Positions 48,831 to 59,757 of a stretch of DNA of 64,000 bases are shown one piece after another. Each line of letters starts with the position of its first letter. The first letter of the stretch is position 1. Source of the stretch: Dehalococcoidia bacterium (GTDB lineage: Bacteria > Chloroflexota > Dehalococcoidia > Bin125); assembly GCA_965221065.1 (NCBI GenBank), contig OZ244861.1, positions 1,613,844 to 1,677,843 on the forward strand. The letters are read 5' to 3'. The position numbers and the translations under genes are program-made. Below the pieces are notes generated by a model. That model made no database searches, was not told the DNA's origin, and saw only the letters and a list, made by a program, of their open reading frames with translations.

Positions 48831-49052
48831 CAGCGCACTTGATGCGAGGCGCTGGCCCCCGTGTCAAGCACGGGGGATCGAACCCGGGGCGCACGGGGGC
48901 TCGAACCCGGGGCGCGGGAAGGGGGACCCGATGCCCCAATGCCCCGCACTTGATGCGGGGTCCAGCCCCCCGTGTCAAGCACGGGGGATCGAAGCCGAGA
49001 GCGGGGGATCGAAGCCGGGCGCGGGGGATCGAGGCTGGGCGCGGGCGAGCCC
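48831..49052. repeat. hairpin/minisatellite repeat of the same family as 42935-44012, opposite orientation, in the pstS-pstC intergenic region
   Basis: ccccgcacttgatgcgggg twice, cccccgtgtcaagcacggggg twice, gggggatcgaagccg tandem three times. Confidence 0.6.
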
Positions 49053-49064
49053 GGCGTGCGGCGC

Positions 49065-51158
49065 CTACCCCGCGCCGGCTCCGAAGATCTCGGCGAGGGT
49101 CGCGCCCTCATGCGCGGCCGCGATGGCGGAACCGGTCACCGTGTTCTGAACCCGCGACAGGACGGCCGCATAGATCGCCTCGGGCAGTTGGACGTACCCA
49201 ACCTCAGGCGTGTCCACCAGCCAGACGCCGTCCGTCAGGAAGTACTCGACGAACGCCGCAACTTCCTCACGCTCCAGCGAAGCCACCGACACGTAGATGA
49301 ACAACGGCCGCGAGAGCGGGTTGTACGAACCATCGTTGATCGTCCCATTTGAGGGCGTCACGGCGCTCCCCGCGTCGTTGATGACCGGAACGGCCCTGAG
49401 CACGTCGGCATTGTTGGCGTAGTAGCTGAAGCCGAAGTAGCCGATCCCGCCGCGGTCATTCGAGACGCCCTGGACGAGCACGTTGTCATCCTCCGAGAAG
49501 GTCGTGTTGTCGGAGCGGTGCACGCCGTTGTCGCCGTTGATCGCCTCGGTGAAGTAGTCGAACGTGCCGCTGTCCGCGCCCGGAGCGTACAGCGCGATCT
49601 CGACATCGGGAAATCCGTCGCGCACGTCGGCCCAGGAGACGGCGTAGTCGTCTGGGCGGAAGATGTGGTTCAGCTCGTCCACCGTCAAGAAGTCGACCCA
49701 GTCGTTGTCCGGATTGATGACGACGGTCAGACCGTCGAACGCCACCGGGACCTCGATGAAGTCGATGCCAGCCGCTTCGCACAACTCGGCCTCTGAGTCC
49801 TTGATCGGACGCGAGGCGTCGGAAATGTCGGTCTCGCCGGCGCAGAAGCGCTTGAAGCCGCCGCCCGTGCCCGAGACGCCGACGGTCACGCGCACGCCGC
49901 GCTCGGTCAGAATGCCGAACTCCTCGGCCATTGCCTCGGTGATCGGGAAGACGGTCGAGGAGCCGTCAACCGCGATCTCACCTTCGAGGCCGGAGAGGTC
50001 CATGACCATCGGCATCGACTCTGCGCCGTAGATTTGCGCCAGTGTCGCGCCCTCGGCCGCGACGGCGATCGCGGAGCCAGTCTCGAGGTTGTGCACGCGC
50101 TCGAGAGCCGCCACGTAGATCTCCTCGGGCAGTTGCACGTAGCCAACCTCCGGCGTGTCCACCAGCCAGGTCCCGTCGGTGAGGAAGTACTCGACAAAGG
50201 CCGCCACCTCCTCGCGCTCGAGCGAGGCGACCGAGACGTAGATGAACAGCGGCCGCGAGAGCGGGTTGTAGGAGCCGTCGTTGATTGTCTCGTTGGAGGG
50301 CGTGATCGCCGTGCCGGCGTCGTTGACGACCGGAACGGCCCTCAGCACATCCGCGTTGTTGGCGTAGTAGCTGAAGCCGAAGTAGCCGATCCCGCCGCGG
50401 TCCGCCGAAACGCCCTGGACGAGTACGTTGTCGTCCTCGGAGAAGGTCGTGTTGTCGGAGCGGTGCACGCCGTTGTCGCCGTTGATTGCCTCGGTGAAGT
50501 AGTCGAACGTGCCGCTGTCCGCGCCCGGCGCGTAGATGGCGATCTCGATGTCGGGGAAGCCGTCGCGCACGTCGGCCCAGGAGACCGCGTAGTCGTCGGG
50601 GCGGAAGATGTGGTTCAGCTCGTCCACCGTCAGGAAGTCGACCCAGTCGTTGTCCGGGTTGATCACCACGGTCAGACCATCGAACGCCACCGGTACCTCG
50701 ATGAAGTCGATGCCGGCTTCGTTGCAAAGCTCGACTTCCGAGTCCTTGATCGGGCGCGAGGCGTCGGAGATGTCGGTCTCGCCGGCGCAGAATCGCTTGA
50801 AGCCGCCGCCGGTGCCGGAGACGCCGACGGTGACGCGGACGCCGCGGTCGGTGAGAATGCCGAACTCTTCGGCCATCGCCTCGGTGATCGGGAACACCGT
50901 GGAGGAACCGTCGACCTGGATCTCGCCCTCGATGTCTTGCAGACGTTCGCGGGTCTCCTGCTCCTGCTGCTGAGTCGGAGCCGCCGTGGCGACAGCCTGC
51001 TGCTGCGCGTCCTGCCGCTGTTGCGCTGGCGCGGTCTCCTGCTGTTGATCCTGCTGAGCTACCGACTGTTGCTGGTCGTCGCCGCCGCAAGCGACGAGCG
51101 CCATGGCTCCCGCCAACAGTGCGACGATCAACAGCGGCAGCCACCGCGTCGTCATCCT
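49065..51158 (-). CDS. pstS: phosphate-binding lipoprotein PstS with two fused, near-identical PBP domains
   Basis: Lipoprotein signal [12 protein letters not shown]; Q-rich linker; two roughly 300-aa PstS domains about 95% identical; alternative TTG start at 51175. Confidence 0.8.
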   Translation of the reverse strand, partial: RMTTRWLPLLIVALLAGAMALVACGGDDQQQSVAQQDQQQETAPAQQRQDAQQQAVATAAPTQQQEQETRERLQDIEGEIQVDGSSTVFPITEAMAEEFGILTDRGVRVTVGVSGTGGGFKRFCAGETDISDASRPIKDSEVELCNEAGIDFIEVPVAFDGLTVVINPDNDWVDFLTVDELNHIFRPDDYAVSWADVRDGFPDIEIAIYAPGADSGTFDYFTEAINGDNGVHRSDNTTFSEDDNVLVQGVSADRGGIGYFGFSYYANNADVLRAVPVVNDAGTAITPSNETINDGSYNPLSRPLFIYVSVASLEREEVAAFVEYFLTDGTWLVDTPEVGYVQLPEEIYVAALERVHNLETGSAIAVAAEGATLAQIYGAESMPMVMDLSGLEGEIAVDGSSTVFPITEAMAEEFGILTERGVRVTVGVSGTGGGFKRFCAGETDISDASRPIKDSEAELCEAAGIDFIEVPVAFDGLTVVINPDNDWVDFLTVDELNHIFRPDDYAVSWADVRDGFPDVEIALYAPGADSGTFDYFTEAINGDNGVHRSDNTTFSEDDNVLVQGVSNDRGGIGYFGFSYYANNADVLRAVPVINDAGSAVTPSNGTINDGSYNPLSRPLFIYVSVASLEREEVAAFVEYFLTDGVWLVDTPEVGYVQLPEAIYAAVLSRVQNTVTGSAIAAAHEGATLAEIFGAGAG

Positions 51159-51231
51159 CTTCGTTGTGATGTCCAAGGCAATCACGCTCCTCTCGCTCGG
51201 TGCGATGCACAGCATCCCGCCACCTGGAGCG

Positions 51232-51268
51232 TGCGCGTTAACCAAGCGGATAACGCGCAGTTAAGAGC
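51232..51268 (-). promoter_or_regulatory. putative Pho box (direct TTAAC/TTATC repeats at about 11-bp periodicity) upstream of pstS
   Basis: On the minus strand: TTAACtgcgcgTTATCcgcttggTTAAC, about 80 nt upstream of the pstS start. Confidence 0.3.
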
Positions 51269-51291
51269 GGGTTATAGCCAACAGGAGGGGT

Positions 51292-52560
51292 TCAGCTCTG
51301 TTGCGCGAGCGGCACACTGAAGCCGAAGGTGGAGCCGGCGCCCGGCGCGCTCTCGAGCGAGACCGCGCCGCCATGCACCTCAGCGATATGGCGCACGACC
51401 GCGAGGCCGAGACCGGTGCCGCCGCCGGATTGCCTGGCGCGGTCGACCCGGTAGAAGCGCTGGAAGATACGCGCCTGATCGGCGGGCTCGATCCCGATGC
51501 CGGTGTCGCGGACTCGGATCCAGACCATGGGCGCGGGATCGGAGTCGTCCCCCATCTCGCACAGCACGTCGATCCGGCCGCCTTGATCGGTGAACTTGAC
51601 GGCGTTGTGCAAGAGATTGAGGACGGCGCGTTCGACCAGTTCCGGATCGGCCACGATCATGGTCTCTGGACCACCATTGAGGCCCGCGTAGAACAGGGAG
51701 AGGCCTTCGCGCTCGGCCTGCGGCCGGATGCTCTCGACGGCGTCGAGGAGCAGCGATTCCATCCCGACCACTTCCATCTCCGGCTCGGTCAGGCCCGATT
51801 CGAGCCGCGCGAGGGCGAGCATCTCCTCGACTAGTTGGCTCATGCGCTCAGCCTCGGACTGGATGATCGCCCGAAAGCGCTCGGAGTCCTTCGGCTTGCT
51901 GACCACTTCCAACGTCTCTGCGGCGGCGGAGATCGAGGAGAGCGGCGTGCGCAACTCGTGCGAGGCGTTGATGAAGAAGTCGCGGCGCGCAAGCTCGGCC
52001 TCGTACAGGTCGGACAGGTCGTGCATGGCGAGGACGACGGACCAGGGTCCAGACTGGGCCACCGCCGAGACCGGCGCGACTACGGTGCGGAAGCGTCTCT
52101 CGGCTCGCAGGACGACCAGTACGGCGGGCGTGCCCTCGTCGATCGCCATTCGCACCGCGCCGTAGAGGTCCGGATCCTCGACCGCTTCGAGCAGCGGCGA
52201 GCCGATCATCTCGCGCTCGCCGGAGCGCAGAGTGAGCTCGGCGGCGGGATTGAGGTATTGGATCCTGGCGTCGGAGTCGAGCGCGATGACCATGTCGCCG
52301 GTGGAGGCGAGGGCGCGCTCGAGTTGGTCGCGCTCGGCGGTCCGGGCCGAGAGTTCGTCCTGCAATCGTTCGGCGGTCAGCGATTGGCTCGCCGATTGCT
52401 CGCGCAGATCGGCCGCTGCGCGGGCGGCGGAGATCAGTCCGAGTGCGCACAACCCGAGGCCGACCGCCAGGGCGATCGCGCCGCCGGTAATCGTCAGTTC
52501 AGAGGCGAGCAGCCCGACCCCGAGGAGGAGTCCAGCGACACCGACAGCGACCGTACGCAC
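51292..52560 (-). CDS. phoR: sensor histidine kinase PhoR/SenX3-like
   Basis: TM-PAS-HisKA (HELRTPLSSI)-HATPase (GGTGLGLAVV). Confidence 0.8.
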   Translation of the reverse strand: MRTVAVGVAGLLLGVGLLASELTITGGAIALAVGLGLCALGLISAARAAADLREQSASQSLTAERLQDELSARTAERDQLERALASTGDMVIALDSDARIQYLNPAAELTLRSGEREMIGSPLLEAVEDPDLYGAVRMAIDEGTPAVLVVLRAERRFRTVVAPVSAVAQSGPWSVVLAMHDLSDLYEAELARRDFFINASHELRTPLSSISAAAETLEVVSKPKDSERFRAIIQSEAERMSQLVEEMLALARLESGLTEPEMEVVGMESLLLDAVESIRPQAEREGLSLFYAGLNGGPETMIVADPELVERAVLNLLHNAVKFTDQGGRIDVLCEMGDDSDPAPMVWIRVRDTGIGIEPADQARIFQRFYRVDRARQSGGGTGLGLAVVRHIAEVHGGAVSLESAPGAGSTFGFSVPLAQQS

Positions 52561-52562
52561 GG

Positions 52563-53240
<678 letters not shown>

Positions 53241-53465
53241 CGCACGGCCTCTCAACGAGTCAACGTGAGGTCTCAGGAGGGCCATGAACGCGGCAGCTGC
53301 TCGACACTGAGTAGGCCACCCGCAATCCGCCGCAACTATGGTACGCGCTCTGCCGGCGACGCTGTGGTTGGCATTCCGTTAACCCATGCGCAGCGGAGTG
53401 GATGGCAGCCGAGCCCGACGGTCCGCTCGCAGTGCGAGTCAGTGCGCGGTAGGGTTGCAAGAGCG

Positions 53466-53702
53466 ATGCCGACGATCTTGCGAGAGGGCCCCTAGCGGTT
53501 CTACTTCGTGTCGAGCGATCGGGGCGAGCCGCCTCACGTGCATGTCCGCCGGGATGCTGGATTCGCCAAGCTGTGGCTTAACCCGGTCGAGCTTGAGAGC
53601 AGCGGCAACCTGAGCCGGACCGAGCTTCGCGACATCCACAGAATCGTCGAGCGGAATCGCAGCCAGTTTCTGGAGCAGTGGAATGACTACTTCAATCGTT
53701 GA
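53466..53702 (+). pseudogene. DUF4160 family gene with premature in-frame TAG after codon 9
   Basis: MPTILREGP*RFYFVSSDRGEPPHVHV... in one frame; family N-terminus is MPTI..FYG...PPHFHA. Confidence 0.5.
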
Positions 53703-54030
53703 GCTGGAAGTCCCCGGAGCAGTGCGCGTGACCGTGACCGAGGACACCCTGACGGCAGACCTCATGGACGGTCGCACACTCTCGGTCCCGCTGGCCTGGT
53801 ATCCGCGCCTGTTGCAGGCCACGCCCAGCGAACGCGACAACCTGGAACTGCATGCCGCGGGCCGACACATCCACTGGCCCGATCTCGACGAGGACCTCAG
53901 CATTGAGGGTCTGCTCGCCGGTCGACCGTCGGGCGAGAGCGCCCGCTCGTTCCAGCGCTGGCAGGAGGCGAAGCGCGCGGGTCGACCGCTGACGCTTGAC
54001 GCGCTTCGCGAGCAAGATGACCGCGAGTAG
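53683..54030 (+). CDS. DUF2442 domain protein (usual partner of DUF4160)
   Basis: LMDGRTLSVPLAWYPRLL matches DUF2442. Confidence 0.6.
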   Translation: MTTSIVELEVPGAVRVTVTEDTLTADLMDGRTLSVPLAWYPRLLQATPSERDNLELHAAGRHIHWPDLDEDLSIEGLLAGRPSGESARSFQRWQEAKRAGRPLTLDALREQDDRE

Positions 54031-54114
54031 CAACGAGTGGTGACGGGCTGAACAACGACCGGCGCGAGCACTAGCCTGCCGCCACAACAGGCACACCATC
54101 GAAGGACAATCATC

Positions 54115-55026
54115 ATGCGATTCGGATTCTGGGCCGGCGCCTCCAATCCCTGGGCCGAAGTCTTGACCGTCGCTAGACACGCGGAACGCACCGGCTGGGA
54201 CCGGATCTGGTTCGCCGATCACTTCATGCCGAACAAGCCGGTCGGCGAGGACGCCTCGGATGAACTGGTGCACGAATCGTGGACGACGCTGGCCGCGTTC
54301 GCCTCGCGCATCCCGCGCGTCAAGCTGGGACACATGGTCTCGGGTAATACGTACCGGCACCCGACGGTCACCGCGAAGATGGCGGCGCAGATCGACATCA
54401 TCTCCGGCGGGCGCTTCATCCTCGGGCTGGGCGCCGCCTGGCAGGAGAACGAGCACTATGCCTACGGGATCCACTACGGCACGCTCAAGGAGCGCATGGA
54501 CCGCTTCGAGGAGGCTTGCCAGCTCATCACCGAGATGTTCCGCTACGAGAAGACCAACTTCACCGGCGAGCACTACCAACTCGTAGACGCGCCGCTGGAA
54601 CCCAAGCCGATCCAGACTCCGCTGCCGCTGATGATCGGCGGTGGGGGCGAGAAGCGCACCCTGCGGATCACGGCGCAGTACGCGAACGAGTGGAACGTCT
54701 GGGGCACGCCGGAGACATTGATTCACAAGCAGTCGGTGCTCGACGCTCACTGCGCCGACGTCGGCCGAGACCCGGCCGAGATCGAGCGTTCAGCCTGCAT
54801 GCTGCTGATGATGACCGAGAACGAGGAGATCCTTGAACCCGCCTGGGCGAGCGGTCGACCGGTCCTGGGCGGATCGAACGACAAGATCAAACAGACGGTG
54901 CAGGCCTACATCGACGCCGGAGTCGACGAGATCATCCTGCCCGACTTCACGCTCGGCTCGAACGCCTTCCAGCGAACCGAGCAGATGGACCGCTTCATCG
55001 AGGAGATCGCCCCGGAGTTCCGCTGA
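54115..55026 (+). CDS. LLM-class flavin/F420-dependent oxidoreductase
   Basis: MRFGFW...WFADHF...; luciferase-like TIM barrel. Confidence 0.85.
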   Translation: MRFGFWAGASNPWAEVLTVARHAERTGWDRIWFADHFMPNKPVGEDASDELVHESWTTLAAFASRIPRVKLGHMVSGNTYRHPTVTAKMAAQIDIISGGRFILGLGAAWQENEHYAYGIHYGTLKERMDRFEEACQLITEMFRYEKTNFTGEHYQLVDAPLEPKPIQTPLPLMIGGGGEKRTLRITAQYANEWNVWGTPETLIHKQSVLDAHCADVGRDPAEIERSACMLLMMTENEEILEPAWASGRPVLGGSNDKIKQTVQAYIDAGVDEIILPDFTLGSNAFQRTEQMDRFIEEIAPEFR

Positions 55027-55050
55027 GCTGGTTGAGAGGAGACTCCGGCG

Positions 55051-55596
55051 ATGGCCGACTTCCGCAGTCAAGACTTCCGCGAGCGGATGCGCGCGGAGTT
55101 CCTCGACGGGGCTCGGACGTTGGCGTGGGACGAGATCTGGCTGCGCATGGCCAACGCCCGGTTCGCGCTCATCGACGCGATTCAGGGCGTGACGCAGGAA
55201 CAGGCTGATTGGACGCCGGGCCAGATGGACGCCGAGGATGAGTCGACGTGGAGCATCGGAGAGGTGATGCGGCACGTGATCACGGCGTCGCCGAACATCG
55301 CGGAGATCATCGCGGCGACGGCGAACGGGGAGACGGTGGTCAAGGGACCGCCTGGTCAGATCACGGCGCCGGCGTCGGACGTCGATGATCTGCGCCTGCA
55401 GGTCACGTCGGTGAGTGAGCGGTTGCTGAGCGTCGGCAACGCGTTGCCGGAGGATATCGATCACCTGACGACGGTCCCGCACGCCTTCTTCGGAGACCTG
55501 CCTTCAATGGCCTGGCCCCTCTTCCAGGCGTTCCACGACGGTGACCACACGCGACAGATCATCGCCCTCAAATCTCACCCGGACTTTCCATCCTGA
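55051..55596 (+). CDS. DinB-family protein
   Basis: DinB_2-like; GAGAGGAG RBS. Confidence 0.65.
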   Translation: MADFRSQDFRERMRAEFLDGARTLAWDEIWLRMANARFALIDAIQGVTQEQADWTPGQMDAEDESTWSIGEVMRHVITASPNIAEIIAATANGETVVKGPPGQITAPASDVDDLRLQVTSVSERLLSVGNALPEDIDHLTTVPHAFFGDLPSMAWPLFQAFHDGDHTRQIIALKSHPDFPS

Positions 55597-56529
55597 ATCG
55601 TCGTTCGGGCTGGTGATCTGAATGTCCAGTCCGTCCTTGGTCTCTTGAACCGACCAGTTCGGATCCTGCGAATGCGCCGGACGTTGCTCTCTCGGATAGA
55701 TCTTGGCTCGGTATGAGGGTGGAGCCTCGTTGACGAGCCTTGGTTGACGCCGAGGACCGTCAGGCTTTGACCATTCGAGATCTCTCGGAACCACGATGCA
55801 GCCGTTCTGGTCGCCGATTCCTTCCCAACGCTCTGGCTCGTTCCACATCATCCAAGCAGACATGGCGCAAGTGACGCCGTCCAGTGCGTCGTCGATCCAG
55901 TTCAGCTCAACATGCGTAGTGCGCTGCTTCACATTCTCGGGGTCGAGCAAACGACGAATCTCCGCACTATCGAGCACTCCTGGAGCCTCGCGTCCGATGA
56001 GCTCAGTCAGGTAGCGCTGATAGCGCTGGAACACTCGCTGGCGAAACTCGACCGGGCGATCATTGCCGCGTCTCTTGTACGGCAGCCGTTCATCCAGGCC
56101 GAAGAGGCGTACATGGATCGTGTGCGGGTAGACCTCAACTGCAGAGCGCTTTGGTCGTTCGCCGCGCAGCAGCTCAAAGGGATCACAAGTGAAGCCCCGA
56201 GACTCAAGCGCGTTGCCGAGGTCGATGCCGGCTCGGTAGCCATTCTTCCATGCGGCATGTGCTGAATGTGCGCCCGCCTTGTAGCGATTGAATCGGCTGT
56301 TGAGCGCTCGCTCAGACCAGCGTTCGGGCGTATAGCGGACTGGCGCATCAATCGTGACGAGGACTTGGTCGTCAATGGATGCGATCTCGTTGGCGAGGCT
56401 CTCGGTGTGTCGAGGCCTCACGTCTAGCCGGGTGCAACGCAGATTCTCCTTCGAGTCGCCCTCTAGCCAGCAGATGCCGCTCTGGTTCTTGCTGACCCAG
56501 GCGAGGTCGAGGCCGATGAACGTGGCCAT
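55504..56529 (-). CDS. DUF429 (RNase-H-like) domain protein with C-terminal extension
   Basis: MATFIGLDLAWVSKNQSGICWL N-terminus; 93-nt convergent overlap with the DinB gene makes the extents uncertain. Confidence 0.55.
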   Translation of the reverse strand: MATFIGLDLAWVSKNQSGICWLEGDSKENLRCTRLDVRPRHTESLANEIASIDDQVLVTIDAPVRYTPERWSERALNSRFNRYKAGAHSAHAAWKNGYRAGIDLGNALESRGFTCDPFELLRGERPKRSAVEVYPHTIHVRLFGLDERLPYKRRGNDRPVEFRQRVFQRYQRYLTELIGREAPGVLDSAEIRRLLDPENVKQRTTHVELNWIDDALDGVTCAMSAWMMWNEPERWEGIGDQNGCIVVPRDLEWSKPDGPRRQPRLVNEAPPSYRAKIYPREQRPAHSQDPNWSVQETKDGLDIQITSPNDDSGWKVRVRFEGDDLSRVVTVVERLEEGPGH

Positions 56530-56532
56530 CCC

Positions 56533-57423
56533 CTAGCGGTTGCGGGGGGCCTGGGAGTAGTCGCCGAAGGGGCCGTCTCTCCAGGCGAGGGCTCCCTTGA
56601 GGCCTTCGTCTCGCATGCGGCGCGACCACTCGTAGTGCTGGCTGGTGAAGGTTCCGACGGCGTCGAGGTCGGTCGAGGAGCGCAGCGACGAGTAGATGCC
56701 CATGTTCTCGTAGAAGCGATTGACGTGGACCTTGAGCTGGGCCAGGTGGTCGGCGGGCAGGTTCGAGACCCGCTCGGCCAGCGCCATCGTCTTCTCTTCG
56801 AGCTCGTCTCGCGGGACGGCGTAGTTGATCAGGTTGAGCTCGGCCGCTTCTGTCGCGCGGATCGGGTCGCCGGTGTAGAAGAGCTCCTTGGCCTTACGCA
56901 TGTTGGTCAGCAAGGGCAGAATCGCCGAGGTGCGCGAGCCGGCGAAGCGCAGGCCGGGGTGGCCGATCTGCGTGTCCTCGGCGGCGACGACGAGGTCGGC
57001 CATCATCGAGAGCTCGAAGCCGCCGGCGATCGCATAGCCGTGGAGCTGGGCGATCGTGATCTTCTGCATGTTCCAGAAATAGAGCCAGATGTCGGTGACG
57101 CGGGCCATGCCGCCGCGGATGCCCATGATCAGGCGGTTGCCGTCGTCGTCGACGGTGCGGAAACGGCGGTGGACGGCGTCGGCGCCGTAGCCGCCGGCGG
57201 GGGTCAGGTCGTAGCCGGCCGAGAATGTGCGGCCGGCGCCCTTGACGATGATCACGCGCACGTCGTCGTCGGCTTCGAAGTGTTCGCAGGCGTCGCGGAA
57301 GTCGTAGATCAGCTCTTGCGAGAGCGCGTTCATCTTCTCGGGCCGGTTGAGGGTGAGGACGCCAATGCGGTCGTCGGTGCCGGTCCGCTCGAGCAGGACG
57401 TTCTCGAAGGTGGGGAGGGACAT
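56533..57423 (-). CDS. enoyl-CoA hydratase/isomerase family protein
   Basis: Start at ATG 57423 after GGAGA; crotonase fold motifs. Confidence 0.8.
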   Translation of the reverse strand: MSLPTFENVLLERTGTDDRIGVLTLNRPEKMNALSQELIYDFRDACEHFEADDDVRVIIVKGAGRTFSAGYDLTPAGGYGADAVHRRFRTVDDDGNRLIMGIRGGMARVTDIWLYFWNMQKITIAQLHGYAIAGGFELSMMADLVVAAEDTQIGHPGLRFAGSRTSAILPLLTNMRKAKELFYTGDPIRATEAAELNLINYAVPRDELEEKTMALAERVSNLPADHLAQLKVHVNRFYENMGIYSSLRSSTDLDAVGTFTSQHYEWSRRMRDEGLKGALAWRDGPFGDYSQAPRNR

Positions 57424-57595
57424 GGGTTGGTCTCCAGGGAGTGGTGTCGCAGGTCGTTCCAATCGTATCCGACGCTCTCGAGCCGGCACGAGCGCGCTCC
57501 CCGTGCGGCGCCGGACGGGTTTGAGACGCCTCCGAGTGCCGCCGGTCCGCTGGTACGCTTGGTTCAAATTTGCCAACAAACGGAGTATGACCGTG

Positions 57596-59629
57596 ATGCG
57601 TACCTTGCGGCTCGGAGGATTGCTGGCCTTGCTGCTGGCGGCGGTGTTGGTGGTCGGCTGTGGCGATGACATTCCCGAGACGCCGGAACCGAGTGCCACA
57701 CAGCAGGATCGTGCCGACCAGGACGCGACACAGTTAAGCACTGAAGACGTTGAGGAACCTCAGGAAGCTGACTCTGAGCAACAGGCCCAGCAGGCTCAGC
57801 AGGTACAGGAGGATCAGCAGGATCAGCAAGCGGAGGACGTGCAGGAAGTCGAGGAGGCGCAGGAGGCTGAGGAAGCAGAGGCGGTTCAGGAGGCCGAGGC
57901 GGATCAGCCGGTTGAGGAACGCAGAGGCGACACTGTCTCGCTGCTCCGGGCCAGCGCCGATGCGTTCGAGTATGAGATCGGCGAGTTTGGCGGCGAGCTG
58001 ACGTTCGCCACGATTTCGGAACCCCTGACCTTCAACCTCGCGCTGGCCAACGATGCCGGGTCGTCGGGCGTGCTGGGTTACCTGTTTGAAGGCCTGACCG
58101 ACATCTCCTGGCTCAGCGGCGAGCCGGAACCGAACCTGGCCGAGTCATGGGATGTGTCGCCCGACGGCCTGGCCTGGACCTTCTACCTGCGCCGCGATGT
58201 CCGCTGGCACGACGGCGAGCCGTTCACGGCCCGCGATGTCGAGTTCACGTTCAACCAGATCATCTACAACGCGGACATCCCCACCTCTACTCGCGCCGCA
58301 TTCAACTTCCGCCTGCTGGACGAGAACGGCGAGTGGCAGGTCGCTCCGATGACGGTCGAGGCGATTGACGACTACACCGTTCAGTTCGTACTGCCCGTCT
58401 CGTTCGCGCCATTCCTGCGCTCAATGGCGACGGCGATCTATCCGCAACACATCCTGCAGCCGTACGTCGACGCGGGCACGTTCAACGAGGTCTGGGACCT
58501 CAGCACCGATCCGGCCGAGATCATCGGCACCGGTCCGTTCCTGATCGACCAGTACATCGCCGGCGAGCGCGTCGTGTTCCGCCGCAATCCCAACTACTGG
58601 AAGACCGACGTGGAGGGCAACCACCTGCCTTACCTCGAGCGGATCGTCCAGGTGGTCGTACCCGACCTGGAAAGCGAGCTCGAGGCGTTTCGCGAAGGCG
58701 TCGCCGACGTGCATGGCGTCCTCGGCCGCGAGTACGCGGACCTGGAACCGCTTCAGGAGGACGAGAACTTCACGATTCACCGCCGCGGACCCAACTTCGG
58801 CTCGACGTTCCTGACATTCAATCAGAATCAGGGCGTGAACCCGGACTCTGGCGAGGCGTACGTCTCGGAGGAGAAGCTGGCCTGGTTTGGCCACCTGGAG
58901 TTCCGGCGCGCCGTGGCGCACGTCGTGGACAAGGACGCGATCATCGAGCAGGTCCAGCACGGACTTGGCTATCCGCAGTGGTCGCCGATCAGTCCGGCTG
59001 CCGGTGGATTCCACAATCCGGACGTCGCGACCTACGAGTACGACCTGGATCGCGCGAGTGCGATCCTCGACGAACTCGGCTGGACTGACCGAGACGGCAA
59101 CGGCTACCGCGAGGACGACCGCGGCAACGAGATCGCCTTCACGATCGCCACCAACGAGGGCAACGAGGTTCGCGAACAGGTCACGGAGATCATTCATCAG
59201 GGCATGACCGAGATCGGCCTGAATGTGGAGTTTCAGGTTGTCGATTTCGGGGTCCTGGTTGGGCAGCTCACCGCAACGTACGACTGGGACGCGATCGTGA
59301 TCGGCTTCACCGGCGGCCCCGACCCGTACGGTGGGATCGTGCTCTGGCACAGCTCGGAGAATCTGCACCTCTGGTACCCGAATCAGGCAGAGCCGGCGAC
59401 GGACTGGGAGGCGGAACTTGACGACCTCTACGTCCGCGCCAGCCAGGAGTTGGATCGCGAGTTGCGGTTTGAGCTGTACCACCGGGCCCAGGAGCTCGTG
59501 GCCGAGAACCTGCCGCTGATCTACACATCACACGCCGAGCGGCTGTCGGCGGTGCGAAACGTGTTCGGCAACACGACGCCGACGCTGTACGGCCTGTGGG
59601 ATGTTCGCCATCTGTATCGAGCGGATTGA
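57596..59629 (+). CDS. ABC transporter substrate-binding lipoprotein, family 5 (DppA/OppA-like), with long acidic E/Q-rich linker
   Basis: Lipobox VVGCGDD; SBP_bac_5 core; no permease or ATPase genes adjacent. Confidence 0.8.
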   Translation: MRTLRLGGLLALLLAAVLVVGCGDDIPETPEPSATQQDRADQDATQLSTEDVEEPQEADSEQQAQQAQQVQEDQQDQQAEDVQEVEEAQEAEEAEAVQEAEADQPVEERRGDTVSLLRASADAFEYEIGEFGGELTFATISEPLTFNLALANDAGSSGVLGYLFEGLTDISWLSGEPEPNLAESWDVSPDGLAWTFYLRRDVRWHDGEPFTARDVEFTFNQIIYNADIPTSTRAAFNFRLLDENGEWQVAPMTVEAIDDYTVQFVLPVSFAPFLRSMATAIYPQHILQPYVDAGTFNEVWDLSTDPAEIIGTGPFLIDQYIAGERVVFRRNPNYWKTDVEGNHLPYLERIVQVVVPDLESELEAFREGVADVHGVLGREYADLEPLQEDENFTIHRRGPNFGSTFLTFNQNQGVNPDSGEAYVSEEKLAWFGHLEFRRAVAHVVDKDAIIEQVQHGLGYPQWSPISPAAGGFHNPDVATYEYDLDRASAILDELGWTDRDGNGYREDDRGNEIAFTIATNEGNEVREQVTEIIHQGMTEIGLNVEFQVVDFGVLVGQLTATYDWDAIVIGFTGGPDPYGGIVLWHSSENLHLWYPNQAEPATDWEAELDDLYVRASQELDRELRFELYHRAQELVAENLPLIYTSHAERLSAVRNVFGNTTPTLYGLWDVRHLYRAD

Positions 59630-59757
59630 CGTCCACCTCGCTTCAGCCGTGGCGACATCCACGAAGTCTCGACAACCTATGGGTCAACCCCTTATCTTGT
59701 CTACGAGTACACAGTTGCCCGTGCGGGTCTGCCCGCGACTGCCTGAGGAGACTGACG

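Noticed and set aside
48870-48920. tRNA-like T-loop motifs (gggggatcgaacccgg, ctgattcgatccccc) in the repeats
   Set aside because: No acceptor stem, anticodon arm or CCA context. The motifs are part of the hairpin repeat family.
55504-55596. 93-nt convergent overlap between the DinB-family and DUF429 genes
   Set aside because: Probably one of the two C-terminal tails is spurious extension in GC-rich sequence. This is not evidence of a functional overlap.
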